Part shown: in pieces, positions 59,928 through 64,000 of the stretch
Numbering within the stretch: the first letter of the stretch is position 1
Layout: every line of letters starts with the position of its first letter
Assembly: GCA_049967655.1 (NCBI GenBank)
Contig: JBMFSH010000014.1
Span: forward strand, 1 to 64,000
Reading direction: 5' to 3'
Length of the DNA: 64,000 nucleotides
Source: Acidobacteriota bacterium
GTDB lineage: Bacteria > Acidobacteriota > UBA4820 > DSQY01
The notes under the pieces: generated by a model
What the model was told of the DNA's origin: nothing
What the model saw: the letters and a program-made list of their open reading frames with translations, nothing else
Databases searched by the model: none
Program-made: the position numbers and the translations under genes

Positions 59928-60956
59928 ATGAGCACGTGGGACTACTGGGGCTACAAGCCCTCTCGCCCGAGGGAGGCCAAGCACGGCATCAAGGCGAAAA
60001 CCTCGCGGGGCGCCTTCGGCACCACCTGGTGGGCCAAGCGGTGGATTGCCGTCCTGGAGAGCTTCGACATCGGCGCCCGCCTGGGCCGGGGGCGCTCCTA
60101 CGCCCGGCGCGGCCAGGTGACCCAGGTCGGGATCGAGCAGGGGGAGGTGAAGGCCAAGGTGCAGGGCTCGCGGCCGAGGCCCTACGACGTCGTCATCCGC
60201 CTCAAGCCCTTTTCGGACAAGGAGCGCCAGGCCCTCGGCCAGGCCCTGGGAAGAGAGGCCCTCTTCGCGGCCAAGCTGCTCGCGGGCGAGATGCCCGAGG
60301 GGATCGAGGAGCTCTTCGCCGAAGCGGGCGCGCCCCTCTTCCCCGGTAGGAGCCAGGACCTCAAGACCGAGTGCTCCTGCCCCGACTGGTCCAACCCCTG
60401 CAAACACATCGCCGCCGTCTACTACCTGATGGCCGAGGAGTTCGACCGGGACCCGTTTCTCCTGCTCAAGCTGAGGGGGCTGACCCGCGAAGAGCTCCCG
60501 GCCCTCGTGGGCTCCCCAGCGCCTAAGGCCAAAGCCTCGACCCGCCAACGCCGCGCGCCCGCGCCCGAGAGCCCCGCGCCCGAGCCTTCCGTCCCGCTCC
60601 CTTCTGACCACGGCGCCTTCTGGGGAACGCAAGGCCCTGCGGTCCCGCTGGCGCTGCCCGTCTCCAGTGCCGCCGAGGTGCCCGAAGCCCTTCTCAAGCG
60701 GCTCGGAGGCTTTCCCTTCTGGCGCGGAGAGCGTCCCCTCGAGGAGGCCCTCGCCCCAACCTACCGCGCCGCCGCCCAGCGCGGCCTCGCCCTCCTCGCA
60801 GGAGAGAATCCCTTCACCGAGGGTACCGAAGGGAGCAACGGGCCCTGTGCCATGACGGGGCATGGTAATCTGAAGGGGAACGAAGGGAACGACGCGGAGG
60901 TCCGAGCCTTCGCAAGGTCCATCCAGCGCCGGGGACCCAGAGGAGGCCGCCGGTGA
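59928..60956 (+). CDS. SWIM zinc-finger protein
   Basis: RLGRGRSYAR, VQGSR, CSCPDWSNPCKHIAA. Confidence 0.93.
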   Translation: MSTWDYWGYKPSRPREAKHGIKAKTSRGAFGTTWWAKRWIAVLESFDIGARLGRGRSYARRGQVTQVGIEQGEVKAKVQGSRPRPYDVVIRLKPFSDKERQALGQALGREALFAAKLLAGEMPEGIEELFAEAGAPLFPGRSQDLKTECSCPDWSNPCKHIAAVYYLMAEEFDRDPFLLLKLRGLTREELPALVGSPAPKAKASTRQRRAPAPESPAPEPSVPLPSDHGAFWGTQGPAVPLALPVSSAAEVPEALLKRLGGFPFWRGERPLEEALAPTYRAAAQRGLALLAGENPFTEGTEGSNGPCAMTGHGNLKGNEGNDAEVRAFARSIQRRGPRGGRR

Positions 60957-61099
60957 ACGGGAGCGCTGGTTTTTTTCGACCGCCTCCAACGTTTGCCTGC
61001 CCACGCTTTCAGCTCAACCTAGCCGATCTGGACTTCCGTATGTGCCGCTTGGCAAAGAGTTTTTCTCCGCGTCTCTATGGTTCAATTAGGGGTTGAACG

Positions 61100-62662
61100 A
61101 TGGCTAAGGTGGAATTGAAGAAGAACGCGCTGGGGCGGCTGGTGCCGGCGGCGGTGAACGGAAGGAAGCAGGTGCCCTACCGGGGGGTGGACGGCTACGT
61201 GGCCAAGGGGCGCAAGGCCGCGCCGCCCATCGCGAGCGCGGCCAACTTCCCCGGCGACGGGGACAAGCGGGTCGGCTCGCTGGCCGAGGCGCTGGAGCTG
61301 TGCGGCCTTTCGGACGGCATGACCCTCTCCACGCACCACCACTTCCGCAACGGCGACCGGGTGGCGAACCTCCTCTTCGACACGGCGGCGAAGATGGGCA
61401 AGGAGGACCTCATGTGGTTCCCCTCCGCCTCCTTCCCCTGCCACGAACCCATCATCCAGCACATGGAGAAGGGCGTGGTCCACCACATCGAGGGCTCCAT
61501 GAACGGCCCCCTGGGGGACTACTGCACCGACGGAAAAATGCGGGGGCTCGGCGTCCTGCGCTCCCACGGCGGACGCTGGCAGGCCATCCAGGACGGCGAG
61601 GTGCACGTGGACATCGCCGTCATCGCGGCCCCCTGCGCCGATCCCTTCGGCAACGCCAACGGCGTCAACGGCCCCGCGGCCTGCGGGTCCTTGAACTTCG
61701 CGCTGGCCGACTCGCTCTACGCCGACAAAGTCATCGTGGTCACCGACCACCTGGTCCCCTTCCCGGCCATCCCCTGGCAGATCCAGGGCAACCACGTGGA
61801 CGCCGTAGTGGTGGTGGACAAGGTGGGCGACCCCTCCCAGATCGTCTCGGGCACCACGCAGATCACCAAGAGCCCCGACCGGCTTCTCCTCGCGGAGCTG
61901 GTGGCGCGCTTCGTGCGCGACGCCGGGATCCTGCGCGACGGCTTCTCCTTCCAGGCGGGGGCGGGGGGGACGGCGCTGGCCTTCGCCATCTACCTCAAAG
62001 AGATGATGAAGCGGGCGGGGGTGAAGGCGCGCTTCGTCCGCGGCGGCTCCACCAAGTACCTGGTGGAGATGCTCAACGAGGGGCTGTGCGACTACATCCT
62101 GGACGGCCAGACCTTCGACCTGGACGCCGTTCAAAGCATGCGCGACAACCCTCGCCACGTGGCCACCAGCCCCTTCACGAGCTACAACTACCACGGCAAG
62201 GGTTTCTTCGGCACCTTCGTGGACGCCGTGGTCCTCGGAGCCACGGAGGTGGACGTCCACTTCAACGCCAACGTGGTCACCCACTCCGACGGGCGCCTGC
62301 TCCACGGCATCGGCGGCTGGCAGAACTGCCTCTTCGCGGGCTGCACCATCCTCGCCGTGCCCGCCGTCCGCGACCGCATCCCCGTCATCGTGGACGAGGT
62401 CACCACACTCACCGGCCCCGGCGAGCTCATCGACGTGGTCGTCACCGAGCGCGGCATCGCCATCAACCCGCGCCGCCTCGACCTGTTGGAGGCCGTGAAG
62501 GGCAAAGGCTTGCCCATCCGCGATATCCGCGACATCCAGCGGGAGGTGGACCGGATGTGCGGGGGCAAACCCAGGCCGCCGCGGCGAGGCCGGGAGGCGG
62601 TGGCCGTGGTAAAGTGGGTGGACGGAACGGTCATGGACAGCGTCTGGAAGGTGGTTCGATAG
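61100..62662 (+). CDS. citF: Citrate lyase alpha subunit-like CoA/ACP transferase
   Basis: GLSDGMTLSTHHHFRNGD, RSHGGR, FQAGAGG, LGATEVD, GIGG, DVVVTERGIAINP. Confidence 0.93.
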   Translation: MAKVELKKNALGRLVPAAVNGRKQVPYRGVDGYVAKGRKAAPPIASAANFPGDGDKRVGSLAEALELCGLSDGMTLSTHHHFRNGDRVANLLFDTAAKMGKEDLMWFPSASFPCHEPIIQHMEKGVVHHIEGSMNGPLGDYCTDGKMRGLGVLRSHGGRWQAIQDGEVHVDIAVIAAPCADPFGNANGVNGPAACGSLNFALADSLYADKVIVVTDHLVPFPAIPWQIQGNHVDAVVVVDKVGDPSQIVSGTTQITKSPDRLLLAELVARFVRDAGILRDGFSFQAGAGGTALAFAIYLKEMMKRAGVKARFVRGGSTKYLVEMLNEGLCDYILDGQTFDLDAVQSMRDNPRHVATSPFTSYNYHGKGFFGTFVDAVVLGATEVDVHFNANVVTHSDGRLLHGIGGWQNCLFAGCTILAVPAVRDRIPVIVDEVTTLTGPGELIDVVVTERGIAINPRRLDLLEAVKGKGLPIRDIRDIQREVDRMCGGKPRPPRRGREAVAVVKWVDGTVMDSVWKVVR

Positions 62663-62684
62663 CGCCCCATCCAAGGAGGCGGCC

Positions 62685-63068
62685 ATGCCCAGCAAGAAGA
62701 AATCCGACCGGCCCCGGCCCCCCCGCCAGGAGGATGCCCCGGCGCGCCGATTCCCGCGGGTCCCCTCCAGGAATTCCGTCGTTGTCCGCAAGCTGGGCGC
62801 CGGCGAGGAGGGCGGGCTCACGACGACGGAGGTCGTGGGTCTGGGGGGCTGCAGCTTCCTTCACGCCGAGCCGCTGGAGGCGGGCGAAACCCTCTACCTG
62901 TCCATCCTCATCGGCGTCGAATTGGCCGAGGCCCGGGTGAGGGTGGTCTACAGCAAACCCCGCGAGGAGGGCGGCTTCGAGATCGGCGTGGAATTCACCG
63001 AGGTGCCCCAGAGGGACCTGGCCCTCATTCGGGGCGTGGTCGGCTCCGGCGGGGAGGGATTCCGCTGA
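62685..63068 (+). CDS. PilZ-domain protein
   Basis: RRFPR motif; RVVY...IGVEF. Confidence 0.75.
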   Translation: MPSKKKSDRPRPPRQEDAPARRFPRVPSRNSVVVRKLGAGEEGGLTTTEVVGLGGCSFLHAEPLEAGETLYLSILIGVELAEARVRVVYSKPREEGGFEIGVEFTEVPQRDLALIRGVVGSGGEGFR

Positions 63069-64000
63069 TGGGGGCCCCCGGAGACCCCCCTGTGGGAGGA
63101 ACAACGGCCGAACCGGCCAAGGGATCGCCGGGAGGCTCTTCGCCGGCGCCGCCCTCCGGATTGAGCGGCGAGGAGGCCGCCAGGCGCCTCGCTCAATACG
63201 GCCCCAACTCGGTGGTGGAGGAGAAGCCCCATCCCCTCCTGGCCTTCCTGAGCAAGTTCTGGGCTCCCGTGCCGTGGATGCTGGAAGCCACGGTGGTGCT
63301 GGAGCTCGTGTTGGGCAAGGTCCCCGAGGCGGTCGTCATCGGGGCCCTGCTCCTCTTCAACGCCCTCCTCAGCCTGGTTCAGGAGAGTCGAGCCCAAAGC
63401 GCCCTCGCGGTGCTGCGCCAGCACCTCACCGTGCAGACCCGGGTGCTGAGGGACGGGGCGTGGAAGCCCGTCGCGGCGGCCGATCTGGTGCCGGGCGACG
63501 TGATCCACCTGCGAATGGGCGACCTGGTGCCCGCCGACGTGCTTTTGGGGGAGGGCCAGATCGAAATGGACCAGTCGGCGCTCACGGGGGAGTCCGCCCC
63601 CGTGGACGGAGGCCCCGGGGCCACGGCCTTCGCGGGAGCCGTGGTCAAGCGGGGTGAGGCCACGGGAGAGGTGACGGCCACCGGGACGCGGTCGAAATTC
63701 GGGAAGACCGCCGAGCTGGTCCGCACGGCCAAGACCGTCAGCCACCTGGAGTCCACCATTCTCTCCATCGTCAAGGTCCTGATCATCGCCGATGCCGCGC
63801 TGGTGGTGCTCGTCTCGCTCTACGCGCTCTACGCGGGGCTGCCGTGGCACGTGCTTCTGCCCTTCGCGCTCATCCTTCTCGTGGCCTCGGTGCCGGTTGC
63901 CCTCCCGGCCACCTTCACCCTGGGAACGGCCCTGGGCGCGGCCGACTTGGCCCGCCACGGCGTCCTCTCCACGCGCCTCTCGGCGATCGAGGAGGCCGCG
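63068..64000 (+). CDS. Proton-efflux (P3A-type) P-type ATPase, truncated by the window end
   Basis: GLSGEEAARRLAQYGPN, KFWAPVPWMLE, LVPGD, DQSALTGES, ASVPVALPA, TRLSAIEEAA. Confidence 0.9.
   Translation, partial: MGAPGDPPVGGTTAEPAKGSPGGSSPAPPSGLSGEEAARRLAQYGPNSVVEEKPHPLLAFLSKFWAPVPWMLEATVVLELVLGKVPEAVVIGALLLFNALLSLVQESRAQSALAVLRQHLTVQTRVLRDGAWKPVAAADLVPGDVIHLRMGDLVPADVLLGEGQIEMDQSALTGESAPVDGGPGATAFAGAVVKRGEATGEVTATGTRSKFGKTAELVRTAKTVSHLESTILSIVKVLIIADAALVVLVSLYALYAGLPWHVLLPFALILLVASVPVALPATFTLGTALGAADLARHGVLSTRLSAIEEAA

Overview
A high-GC bacterial chromosomal segment, mostly housekeeping and metabolic genes, with several mobile-DNA scars. Left to right: the 3' part of a group II intron (RT/maturase, domains V-VI); a REP-associated tyrosine transposase; assorted enzymes (SDR, TspO, PLP decarboxylase, Smr, grx, queF, ogt); a KS/CLF/dehydratase mini-cluster; a moaC remnant; acpS; groES-groEL with a CIRCE box; a split glutamine-dependent NAD synthetase; lgt; fadN-fadA; nadA; rpsT; pncB; and an HTH-EIIA regulator heading a Ni-less hydrogenase-4-like (Ehr) complex. 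The most unusual region is 45.4-62.7 kb. It encodes an NADP-type isocitrate/isopropylmalate-family dehydrogenase, an HD protein, two different LeuC/LeuD-type aconitases (one fused, with atypical active-site motifs), a CitD-CitE fusion that appears to lack the canonical prosthetic-group Ser, and CitF; no citC/citG/citX are seen in the window. Five consecutive gene junctions there each carry a ~150-bp inverted-repeat element with a variable interior. The cluster is interrupted by a lower-GC peptidase island and by a SNF2+SWIM module bounded by a 77-bp duplication of the citF start. All calls come from reading motifs by eye; no database searches were run. No rRNA, tRNA or CRISPR array was seen.
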